NCBI GenBank assembly: GCA_023511875.1
Contig: JAIMAQ010000003.1
Coordinates: 189,936-253,935 of the forward strand
Length of the DNA: 64,000 nt
DNA from: Thermoflavifilum sp.
GTDB lineage: Bacteria; Bacteroidota; Bacteroidia; Chitinophagales; Chitinophagaceae
Direction: 5' to 3'
The notes below the pieces were generated by a model. It made no database searches, was not told the DNA's origin, and was given only the letters and a program-made list of their open reading frames with translations. The position numbers were made by a program, and so were the translations under genes. Position 1 is the first letter of the stretch; each line of letters begins with the position of its first letter. Below, one piece after another: positions 8,525 to 17,367 of this stretch.

Positions 8525-8536
8525 ATCTCCTCCTTT

Positions 8537-11500
8537 TTATTTTTCCCCTTCCACTATTTTAATCTCCTCATCGGTTAAACCATATAACTTATAGACGAGC
8601 TGATCAATTTGTTTTTCGTACTCGTGGACTTTAGCTTGTTTGGCGGAATTTTCCAAATAGTCGTCGTCTTTGGTGATAGCGAGGATTTTATCTACAAGGT
8701 CAATAAGTGGTTTTTGGTCAATGTTTTCAAAATTTGGAGTGGGTATCCGCCCTACATATTGGGCGTCATATCGTGTACTTCGGATAGCATTGCTGTAAAT
8801 AAACTTGTAAAGCAGCCAAGCAAAAAGTTTCGAATTATTAATGCCAAGCAGAAATCTTATATCAACTCTTTGATCCGTAACAAAAGTACAAGATATTGTT
8901 TCATAAACGAGGTTATAATCCATATCCAATGCTGCTTGAAGAAAGAAATGTGGATATGGATTTTGGACATGGGCAATGGCTAGCTGATTCAGAATCTTAG
9001 GCCTGAGCAAATATGCATACTCCCGCTTGTCAAATTTACTGATGTCAACAAAATCTGTAGCTTTATCTAAGTGATAAGGAAAAAGCTGTGCTCCCCTATA
9101 GATTGGAGTTGCACCGGGAAATTTGGCAACCTTACTTTGCCAGTTAAGGCCTCTTTCAATAGAGACATAATCTTCCCAACGAGCTTTAAAACTGTTAATT
9201 ATTTTTTTGATAACCGCCAACTCTTTGGGGTATTGACCGGCTAACAATACTCTGCGGTTGTGGAATATATCCTTAGAGACTTCCCCTAATTCTAAAACTT
9301 CATTGCCGTCGTAAAGACCTGTTACATAAAATCCCTGCTGTTTCACTTTCTGTTTTACAAAAATGACCTGCTCAAGTTTAACAAATTCAAATGCCTTGCC
9401 GCTGTCGATTAATTTTTGTAGTGTTGGAAACAAAAAACTTGCGCAAGAATTCCATCCTAAAGAGTAGCAAAGCGATTTTGGGACTATAAACGAGTTGACC
9501 CCATTAACTTGGCAAATATCATCTGCAACATAAATGAAATAAATTGCAGAGTTTTTAGTGGAAGACCGCCATTCATTATATCGACTATCAAGTGTTTTCT
9601 TTTCGTTCTTGTTCAAGTCAGCACCATACGGCGGGTTTCCAATCACCACATCAAAGCCACCTTTTTCGTGGAATACCTCAGAGAAGTACACCTCAAAATC
9701 AAATTCCGTATGCCCGTTAGTGATTTGAATAATGAGTTCGTCAATCTGCTTTCTATAATCCTGCTTTTTACTTGCGTTTGTCTCGTTGAAATAGAGCGGT
9801 TTCAATTTTTCAAGTTTATTAAACAAGTCAGCGTTGAATAGGCCTTTTTCAACGCCCAAAAGCGAATTGCCCTGCACAATCTTATAATCCAAGTTTGGCA
9901 AGGGCTGAACTTTCGCACGGTCTTCTTCATCCACAATAAGCGATAGCCAGAGACGGAGTTTAGCGATTTCCACTGCACCTGGATCAATGTCTACGCCGTA
10001 TAGGTTATTTTGTATGGCCTCACGCTTAAAATTATAGGATGTTCTCTCATCATTTCTACCGATGTATGGAGTAAGGGCATTTCGGGCTCTAATAATCTCG
10101 TGCATCATGCCTACTAAAAAGGCGCCGGAGCCAACGGCGGGATCGCATACGCGAATTAAGGCGAGTTTTTCATCTATGAGTTTAGCGTGCTTACGGATAC
10201 TCTCTGGAAGCTTGGCTTTATCGTATCTACCTTTGTAATTTTCGTTGTTAGTAGTTTTTTCAAGATACGTTTCATCATGCTCTATCACGGCTTCGCCGTA
10301 TTTGATAAGCGTTTCAATATCCTCTTTACTCACTTTCCCATCCAGCTCGGTCGCCAGATAATTCGCCAAGCTTTCTTGGCACATATAATGAACAATTTCG
10401 GGGGGAGTGTAGTAAGTGCCTTTGGATTTTCTATCCTTTATTTCCAGAAGATTTTCAAAAACTTTACCGAGCATTTCAGGGTCAATGGCTACTTCTTTCT
10501 CCAGCGGTTCATCTTCCTTGACTGTAAAATTGTAGCGGTCAAAGACATCTAAAATACCATCGCCAGTATCGCCATCTTTTGTTTTATTATTATTAGAAAA
10601 TAGTTCATTAGGAATGAGAATATCTGAATGCACCCAATCGTAATTGCCAATGGGGTCAAATAGACCCCCATTTAGGAATGGGATTTTGCAATTGAAACGG
10701 CTGTAGTAATCATCATCATGACGGCGGTCAATGCGTAGTGCTTCGTAAAACAGAGGTTCGAGTATATCATTGAAAAAGTTGTCATATGTACAGTGTTTGC
10801 CCTCGAAAAGTTCTCTTAAAAATTGTTTTGATCCAGTGCCCCATTGTGAATCACGTTTCACACCAAACCAACCTTTCTTTTGCAAAAAATATAAAAATAC
10901 AATCTGGCCCAAAAGTTTTTTGGCGAAATCAACCGTGTCAACATTCTTTTCCTTGAAATCAGCTTCTACTTTTGGGTTTTTCTTGACTATGTCATCAAGC
11001 GATTCCTTAAGTCGCAGAAAAAGCTCACGGTACTTTTCAAAAAATTCTTCGGTGACGCGCTCAACGCTAAAGACTTCTTCTAAGTCAGCAAGAGTTGGGC
11101 TGGCTTCATCATTTAAGAGAAGAGGTAAAAGACGGCTTTGGGCAGTATGGCTGTTTTCGTTTTTGCCGACTAAAAAAGAGTGGCGCCGGGCAGGGGTAAA
11201 TTCTTCTTCAACTTTGCCTTTTTCATTAAACTTATATTCCATCTTAACGAGAGAAAAGCGCCAGTCATCATTATTAGGCGATACAAAAGCCACAAGTGCT
11301 GCATCTCTCAACACACCACCACGGCTGCCTTTAAGGTATTTAGCAATAAAATTTCTTTGTTTTGTTCTGGCCCGCTCAAGGCTGGTTTCCCTTATAAGAT
11401 GAACAATAAGAATATCTATCTCCTTCCCTTCGGGGTCTTTGTATTTTCCTATGCGTTCTAAAGATTCAACTGAATCAGCAAAGTCGTCAAAGATGAGATT

Positions 11501-11629
11501 GCCCTTATAAACAAAATGGGCATCATCAATGTGTTTGAGAATATTTTTTATCAAATAAACAAATTGCTCTTTGTTAAAAGAGTTTTGCAAGGCTTTTTGT
11601 ATGAGGTTTTTTGCTATATCTTCATTCAT
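8537..11629 (-). CDS. Eco57I/MmeI-like (type IIG/IIL-like) gamma-class N6-adenine DNA methyltransferase with C-terminal target-recognition region
   Basis: The methyltransferase motifs are motif X KGTYYTP (403-409), motif I DPAVGSGAFL (496-505) and motif IV NPPY (665-668, nt 9626-9637). Family-typical helical-domain strings are FLYFLQKKGW, IPFLNGGLF and FDRYNFTVKE. The tail is TaqI_C-like (LVYKLYGLTDEEIKIVEG). Confidence 0.85.
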   Translation of the reverse strand: MNEDIAKNLIQKALQNSFNKEQFVYLIKNILKHIDDAHFVYKGNLIFDDFADSVESLERIGKYKDPEGKEIDILIVHLIRETSLERARTKQRNFIAKYLKGSRGGVLRDAALVAFVSPNNDDWRFSLVKMEYKFNEKGKVEEEFTPARRHSFLVGKNENSHTAQSRLLPLLLNDEASPTLADLEEVFSVERVTEEFFEKYRELFLRLKESLDDIVKKNPKVEADFKEKNVDTVDFAKKLLGQIVFLYFLQKKGWFGVKRDSQWGTGSKQFLRELFEGKHCTYDNFFNDILEPLFYEALRIDRRHDDDYYSRFNCKIPFLNGGLFDPIGNYDWVHSDILIPNELFSNNNKTKDGDTGDGILDVFDRYNFTVKEDEPLEKEVAIDPEMLGKVFENLLEIKDRKSKGTYYTPPEIVHYMCQESLANYLATELDGKVSKEDIETLIKYGEAVIEHDETYLEKTTNNENYKGRYDKAKLPESIRKHAKLIDEKLALIRVCDPAVGSGAFLVGMMHEIIRARNALTPYIGRNDERTSYNFKREAIQNNLYGVDIDPGAVEIAKLRLWLSLIVDEEDRAKVQPLPNLDYKIVQGNSLLGVEKGLFNADLFNKLEKLKPLYFNETNASKKQDYRKQIDELIIQITNGHTEFDFEVYFSEVFHEKGGFDVVIGNPPYGADLNKNEKKTLDSRYNEWRSSTKNSAIYFIYVADDICQVNGVNSFIVPKSLCYSLGWNSCASFLFPTLQKLIDSGKAFEFVKLEQVIFVKQKVKQQGFYVTGLYDGNEVLELGEVSKDIFHNRRVLLAGQYPKELAVIKKIINSFKARWEDYVSIERGLNWQSKVAKFPGATPIYRGAQLFPYHLDKATDFVDISKFDKREYAYLLRPKILNQLAIAHVQNPYPHFFLQAALDMDYNLVYETISCTFVTDQRVDIRFLLGINNSKLFAWLLYKFIYSNAIRSTRYDAQYVGRIPTPNFENIDQKPLIDLVDKILAITKDDDYLENSAKQAKVHEYEKQIDQLVYKLYGLTDEEIKIVEGEK

Positions 11630-11632
11630 AGT

Positions 11633-14600
11633 TTATCCATTAATTAAATATTCTGATAAGATTACTTCTCTTGGCCCAAAAGTATGCGCTGCACTTTCCG
11701 CGATATGGCTTTCCAAAAATTCAGATGGGATGTTGTTTTGCAAAAGCGCAAGCACTCTAAGAGGGTTAGGTGGTCCTTTTTCTAGTTCTTTATTCAATAC
11801 TTGATTTACTGTTTTTGCGGTTTGTTTGGGTATAGCACCTTCCTCAAATTGTTGCATCACTTTTTTATAATAATCTATTTGGTCTTCGGTAAGCTGTCGG
11901 GTATCCATAAAGACCGCTTTAAGGATTTTTAATACCTGCGTTGTGCTCTCTCTGCCGCTCCGTTTTGCTTTTAGCTCTATTACTTCTTCGGTAGTGGCGA
12001 GTTCAAAAGCTTGTTTGTTTTTCTCAAGTTTATCGTAAAAGTCTGCGTTTAATTTCTCACGAGCGTCTTCTCGGTTAGATTCAAGGAGTTTTGCTGCAGT
12101 AATAAAGTCAATTTCTTTAGCATCTCCGCTACCTGTAAGAAAGAATTTTTGAAGTTTGCCTTTTCTAAAATAAGTCAGAAGCTGATTCTCTTTTACGTCA
12201 TGTTTCTTGGCTGTTCGTGCCTTTTTGGGCAATCGTTTAATCTTTTCAAATAAATCAGGATCATTATCGCGTATGTCTCTAATTATCTGGAGATACTTTA
12301 ATTCGCTTTCATCATCTTCGTCTTCACCAGTGATAGTTTTTTTGGAAATGAGGCGGTTAAAAAGTTCATGTGATTCTATTACTTCTCCTTCAGTAAGAAG
12401 TTGTGCATCAGCACCTAAAAGCGTTATAAATGCTTGTATTTTAGTCTCTGCGGCTTCTTTGAGTTTTATTTGGTCGTTGGATTGTTCGGTTGGGAAAAAA
12501 TTAAATATGTATATTTTATCAAAAGTTGTATCAACGCGGTTGATTCGACCGACGCGTTGCATAAGCCGGGTTGGGTTCCAGGGAATATCATAGTTAATAA
12601 CTACATTGGAGCGGTGTAAGTTTACGCCTTCAGACAAAACTTCAGTAGTAATAAGGATTCTGTAGTCGTCTTTAGGGAAACGCGCTCGAGCGTCAAAATT
12701 TTCGATTACTTTTTCTCTTATGGATGCACTTGACCCGCCAGTGAAAGAAAGAACTCCGCCCGGGAAGTTTTTCCCCAGATTTGCAGCAAGATATTCAACC
12801 GTTTCTTTTGATTCTGAAAAAACAATTATTTTATTTTTCTTAAAGATATGTCGCGATGAAAGAAGATCAACAAACGAAAGTAATTTTGGATCGCGCTTTA
12901 CGGTACTCCATAGTTTTTGTATCACTTTTAGAATAAGCAGATCGCTTTCTAAGTCTTCTTTAAAGTCTTCATCAAAATCTTCTGCTGGATATTTCTTTGC
13001 CTTGTCACTTTCTATTAGTCTTTGAATTGCTTCATCGTCATCATTTTCCAAGAGTTCAAAGATTTTGTTGGCGTATTTTTTACTGACATAAACACTACCT
13101 TGCTTAAACTCCTTTAAGAAAAGCTCATAATAAGAAACAAATCGGTTAACGGTATTTCGGAAAGCGTAAAAACTGCTTTCCAATCGTTTAATGAGCAAGA
13201 TTTTCATAAATCTTCCCATATTTTTTTGAGACTGAATTTCTAACTGATCGGGTCTGTCGTCTCCTTTGTAGTAAAGCATGGGCATATATCGGGCGTACTT
13301 AAATTTTTGAGCAATAAGCTCAACGGTTTTATTGAAAATTTCATTTTCTTCTTTGTTTAACTGATAGAATACGGGTTCCGGAGTTTCCACTTCTGGAAAT
13401 TTAAGATTCTGATTTTTTAGGTCATCGGAGAAGTAAGTTTCAATTTCTTTTCTCGTACGCCTTACCATAAGATACTTCAAAACCTTTTCTCGGATCTCTT
13501 TTGCGTTTTCTTTTGCGGTTTGTATATATTTTGCATGATCTTTTTTTCTATCCAATTTTTTAATTCTCTGTTCAAGCTGGCCAAAAAAAAGTTCAAGATT
13601 TGGCAGATTGGGGATTGTGCTTCTCCTTGCATTTTGAAAAAGTTTAATCTGACTTAAAATATCCTTTGGAGTATTATTAAGCGGAGTAGCTGTGACAAGT
13701 ATTATTCTTTTACCTCTGCAAATCTGTGCAAGTTTTTCGTAAGTGATGTTTGACTCTGTTCTGAACCGATGTGCTTCGTCAATAAAAATGTTCTTGTATT
13801 TTTCAGTGCCTCGCTGAATAAGATGGTCTAACTTGCCGAGAGACTCAAAGTCTGCTGGCACGCGGAAGTCTGAAAAAACATTTCGCCACGAGCCAGGATT
13901 TGCTTCTTCCAAAAGCACAGGAGGTGCTAATACAAGGGTGCGACCATCAAGCTGGCTGGCCAGCATAGCAGAAACATAAGTTTTACCAAGACCTACTACA
14001 TCCGAAATAAAAACACCGCCGTATTCTTCAAGAATTTTTTTTGCGTTTAATACGGCTTGCTCTTGATACTCTAATCGTTTAAATCCTATCGGAGCATATT
14101 TGAAGATAACTTCATTCGTCTGACGAAGTTCATCTTTGAAATACTCATATAAAAATTTCAGATAAAGCTCATAAGGGGTAATTGTATTATTTAGCCAAGT
14201 TTTTTCTTGAATAGTTTGTATGTATTTGTCGCTCACGTCTACGGCGTCTTTCCAAAGCGCTTCAAATTTGGCTCTGGCAAATTCATAATCAGCACGGTTT
14301 TTTAATTCTACATTAAATTCAAGATTATCTACCAAACCAGCTTGCGTAAAATTGCTTGAACCGGTGATTACTCGCCCTACATCGCGATCGCCTTCAAAGA
14401 AAGACATAATATATAACTTGGCATGGAGCTTTTCTGTTGGATAAGCTTTTATTTCTATCTTTCCACTTTTTAACCATTCCAAAAATTTCATTACTCCTTC
14501 TTCAACCTGTTTGCTATCTTTAGAATCATCCATTTCGTTTACAAGTGATTGTGAAAAAAGTTCTTTTGTTTCAGCATGAGAAAATTGCAGTTCTGATTGT

Positions 14601-14830
14601 TTCGCCTTTTCTATTAATTCTACAGTTTTCTTGCTGGTGCTAATACCAATAAGGATTCTAATGTTTTTTGTTTTCTCTAAAGATGTATACAACTTATAAA
14701 AACCACTTGTATAGAAGTAACCAACTAAGACATCAAAAAATTCGGTGTCTTTGATCAATGCTTTGAAGCGCTCAAGAAGGTTTTGCTCGCGTTCGTTTGT
14801 GATAAATGTGAGATCGGAATGAGTAGCCAT
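11633..14830 (-). CDS. PLD-family (single HKD) nuclease domain fused to an SNF2/SF2 helicase
   Basis: The HKD motif is LHAKLYIM...GSSNFT (H136, K138, N160; nt 14351-14425). The helicase motifs are I GLGKT (280-284), II DEAH (351-354), III VTATPLNN, and C-terminal motifs SEGVNL and QRVGRINR. About 250 aa at the C-terminus have no motif I recognise. Confidence 0.85.
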   Translation of the reverse strand: MATHSDLTFITNEREQNLLERFKALIKDTEFFDVLVGYFYTSGFYKLYTSLEKTKNIRILIGISTSKKTVELIEKAKQSELQFSHAETKELFSQSLVNEMDDSKDSKQVEEGVMKFLEWLKSGKIEIKAYPTEKLHAKLYIMSFFEGDRDVGRVITGSSNFTQAGLVDNLEFNVELKNRADYEFARAKFEALWKDAVDVSDKYIQTIQEKTWLNNTITPYELYLKFLYEYFKDELRQTNEVIFKYAPIGFKRLEYQEQAVLNAKKILEEYGGVFISDVVGLGKTYVSAMLASQLDGRTLVLAPPVLLEEANPGSWRNVFSDFRVPADFESLGKLDHLIQRGTEKYKNIFIDEAHRFRTESNITYEKLAQICRGKRIILVTATPLNNTPKDILSQIKLFQNARRSTIPNLPNLELFFGQLEQRIKKLDRKKDHAKYIQTAKENAKEIREKVLKYLMVRRTRKEIETYFSDDLKNQNLKFPEVETPEPVFYQLNKEENEIFNKTVELIAQKFKYARYMPMLYYKGDDRPDQLEIQSQKNMGRFMKILLIKRLESSFYAFRNTVNRFVSYYELFLKEFKQGSVYVSKKYANKIFELLENDDDEAIQRLIESDKAKKYPAEDFDEDFKEDLESDLLILKVIQKLWSTVKRDPKLLSFVDLLSSRHIFKKNKIIVFSESKETVEYLAANLGKNFPGGVLSFTGGSSASIREKVIENFDARARFPKDDYRILITTEVLSEGVNLHRSNVVINYDIPWNPTRLMQRVGRINRVDTTFDKIYIFNFFPTEQSNDQIKLKEAAETKIQAFITLLGADAQLLTEGEVIESHELFNRLISKKTITGEDEDDESELKYLQIIRDIRDNDPDLFEKIKRLPKKARTAKKHDVKENQLLTYFRKGKLQKFFLTGSGDAKEIDFITAAKLLESNREDAREKLNADFYDKLEKNKQAFELATTEEVIELKAKRSGRESTTQVLKILKAVFMDTRQLTEDQIDYYKKVMQQFEEGAIPKQTAKTVNQVLNKELEKGPPNPLRVLALLQNNIPSEFLESHIAESAAHTFGPREVILSEYLING

Positions 14831-14853
14831 AGTTAATCGATTAAACCATCAAC

Positions 14854-14878
14854 GCTCACCCTAGGCTTACGGGTGAGC
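14854..14878 (-). promoter_or_regulatory. 8-bp GC-rich hairpin 24 nt upstream of the helicase start codon
   Basis: gctcaccc-taggcttac-gggtgagc. No U-tract follows on either strand, so it is not a classic terminator. It could be a 5-prime UTR structure. Confidence 0.35.
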
Positions 14879-15458
14879 TCAATAAATAATGCTAGCTGTT
14901 GATGAATGCCCAAGCTTATACGAATAACCATACCTATGTTCCCAATGGCGAGCCTTGGTGCCCTGCCCCGGGAATAGCCTTTCGGCATGCGCAACATGTT
15001 ACAGGTGATACCATCTGATTTCAACATCAAATTACTTGCCTTGATCCTATCAACAGATAAAGATAAAACGCATTCATCATCTATTTTATGCTATTTCATT
15101 TTATTCAACTTCATCACCTTAGCAAGAATATGCTAGGGCCATCGAATCGCTGTGGAGTAGGGCAAGGCGCTATACTACCATACATAGCAGCATCTTTTAC
15201 CCCAAAAAACATATTGCCAGCAGGCACACAAAAATGTTTACATGGTTTGGCCATGATGAGCGGCGTTTTAAAAGCTCACTCGAAAATTGCAAGCAGAGGA
15301 GTTTCTCCAATTTGCCGTAAAAAGCTTTTCCTTACCTTACCAAACAATTCTTCTAAATCAGGTTGCCGATGCACACAAACTTACTCTTTCCTCCTTTCAA
15401 TGAGTTAATAAAGCTTTCCTTAAAACTCTCTTATATTTACCCTGCATCGTGAGTGTTC

Positions 15459-17357
15459 ATGAATTTTCCCAATCATCAATGGGTTGCATGCCTACTGATG
15501 GGTTGCCTTCTACAGGCATCTACAGCCGTAGCTGTGCCCACTGCTTTGCGGGCATTCACAATCATTCAGCAAAAGACCGATACTGTACCGCCACGTAGTC
15601 AAGCAGGCTTTTTTCACAAGATTGGCCAGCAAGTAGATTCACTCATGAGTCGGCACTACCGCGATTCACTGCTGAACAAGCTGACTAGAGCCCATGAGCC
15701 TCCTCCTGCTTCCAGCCCCACTCCTCAGCTCACCCTTCGCGAGCAGGCTTTTCGTCCATATCAAGGTCGTATCATTCGGCATATCAGTTTTGTGCAGGTG
15801 CCCGTCTTTGGCCCACGTAGTTTGAACGATACCAGCTATCGGCCTATACGCTTGATAAACATCGCCAATAGTTTGCATACGCCTACTCGTCTGCGCTTCA
15901 TTCGGAGGGCCTTGTTTTTTCAACCCCGCCAGCGAGTAGATGCCCGCCTCTTTGCCGATAATGAACGCTACTTGCGTAGCCTACCTGTGATTGAAGATGC
16001 GCAATTCAAGCTTATCCCCGTGGGCCAAGATTCGGTAGACGTACAAGTGATTACCAAAGACCTATTTGAATTTGGTGGCAATATTGCACAACTCGACCCC
16101 ACCAAATTTCAAGGCAATGCATTCAACAAAAACTTGTTTGGAACGGGCAAAGGCATAGAGCTGGGGGCGGCCTGGAATCATGATTATTTCCCTCGCTGGT
16201 ATACAGAATGGATGTATAGCGACTATAATATTGGGCATAGCTATGCCAATCTGGTGGCCGGGTTTAGCCAACTCAACGACCAATCTGCGCTCGACACAGG
16301 TTTGTATGAACAAGCGGCTTTCTTACAATTGAGTCGGCCATTATACAGCACAACAGCCCGTTTTACCGGCGGGCTGGAGATGGCTTGGCATCAGAGCATG
16401 AACATTCATCGGCTGCCCGATAGCCTGTTTCGCGACTATCAATATGGCATTGTAGATGCTTGGGCTGGATATCATTTACCCAGGGAGCTGGGCACGAGTA
16501 CACACGCTTTGCAAATGGCTCTCTTGCTCAGGCAATACAATATTTTTTTTACCCGCAAACCCACCCAACCTACATTGGCTACCGATCCATTTTATAACAA
16601 CCGCCGCTACCTTTTGGGGCAGCTGGTGCTCTACCGGCAACACTATGTCGTTACTCAGCGCCTATTTGGCTTCGGCCGAACCGAAGATATCCCTATTGGC
16701 GTTCAGTTTTCGCTTTCCGGAGCCATAGAGCGTTATGTTGGGCTGCGTAGGAAATACACTGCTGTAGGCGGAGAAGCTTTCTTAGTAACGCCCCTTCATG
16801 GTCTTTGGCACGGCCAGTTGGAACTGGGGAGTTTTTGGCACAAGGGTTCACAAGATGCCATCATTCATGCGAGCGGTGATTATTACAGTTCATATGTATC
16901 GCTAGGGCGTGGCGGATGGCGAATTTTCGCAGGAGCCGACTGGCTTAGTTCGCCCAATCCTTATTTCAACAAACCACTTAATATCAACGGTAGTCACGGT
17001 ATCACCGGATACCGCTATACTACCATCAATGGCTACCAGCGCTTAAATGTTTACCTACGATATACCTACTATGCCCCCTTTCGCTTCTATGGATTTGGCT
17101 TTCATGTCTATGCTTTACTACAAGGATCTTCCCTAAACAATACAAATGGGGAAAACAACCAATTTTATCAAGGATACACAATAGGAGCAGAAATCCGTAA
17201 CGAAAACCTACCCATCAACACCTTACAACTCAGTGCCAGCTATTTCCCGGCTGCACCTTCAGGAGTCAAAACCTGGTTTTTGCAAATCACCACGATTAGC
17301 GATTTTCGGTTTAATGTGTTTAGCTTACGCGCACCGGCCTTGCTGGAGTTCCAATAG
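15459..17357 (+). CDS. hypothetical secreted/outer-membrane protein (possibly an Omp85-like beta-barrel)
   Basis: It has a signal peptide (CLLMGCLLQASTAVA) and a C-terminal half rich in aromatic/glycine beta-strand pattern. The family is not identified with certainty. Confidence 0.5.
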   Translation: MNFPNHQWVACLLMGCLLQASTAVAVPTALRAFTIIQQKTDTVPPRSQAGFFHKIGQQVDSLMSRHYRDSLLNKLTRAHEPPPASSPTPQLTLREQAFRPYQGRIIRHISFVQVPVFGPRSLNDTSYRPIRLINIANSLHTPTRLRFIRRALFFQPRQRVDARLFADNERYLRSLPVIEDAQFKLIPVGQDSVDVQVITKDLFEFGGNIAQLDPTKFQGNAFNKNLFGTGKGIELGAAWNHDYFPRWYTEWMYSDYNIGHSYANLVAGFSQLNDQSALDTGLYEQAAFLQLSRPLYSTTARFTGGLEMAWHQSMNIHRLPDSLFRDYQYGIVDAWAGYHLPRELGTSTHALQMALLLRQYNIFFTRKPTQPTLATDPFYNNRRYLLGQLVLYRQHYVVTQRLFGFGRTEDIPIGVQFSLSGAIERYVGLRRKYTAVGGEAFLVTPLHGLWHGQLELGSFWHKGSQDAIIHASGDYYSSYVSLGRGGWRIFAGADWLSSPNPYFNKPLNINGSHGITGYRYTTINGYQRLNVYLRYTYYAPFRFYGFGFHVYALLQGSSLNNTNGENNQFYQGYTIGAEIRNENLPINTLQLSASYFPAAPSGVKTWFLQITTISDFRFNVFSLRAPALLEFQ

Positions 17358-17367
17358 ATGAATTCAT

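Larger units (their letters stand above)
6254..14830 (-). other. AT-rich three-gene defence-type island/operon (PLD-SNF2 helicase, m6A methyltransferase, RloC-like ATPase)
   Basis: Three long co-oriented ORFs have 3-nt and 12-nt spacers. The composition is visibly much more A+T-rich than both flanks. Repeats and a pseudogene lie on the left, and a 620-bp non-coding stretch lies on the right. Confidence 0.8.

Noticed and set aside
10770-11402. Long antisense ORFs inside the island genes (for example 10770..11402, 210 aa; 12207..12593; 7992..8285)
   Set aside because: These are shadow ORFs on the opposite strand of strongly supported genes. They are S/L/F/K-rich, as expected from antisense reading of AT-rich coding DNA.
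14833-15408. ORFs 14833..15030 (-) and 15088..15408 (+) as real genes
   Set aside because: They show no recognisable domain and have odd composition (Cys/Arg/Gly-rich or low-complexity). They lie in the island junction and are more likely non-coding or decayed sequence.
15330-15420. RNase P RNA or another housekeeping ncRNA on the minus strand (string aggaggaaagag)
   Set aside because: The universally conserved GGAAAGTCCGGGC core is not present, since the sequence diverges right after GGAAAG. I could not build the P4 or other conserved helices by eye.
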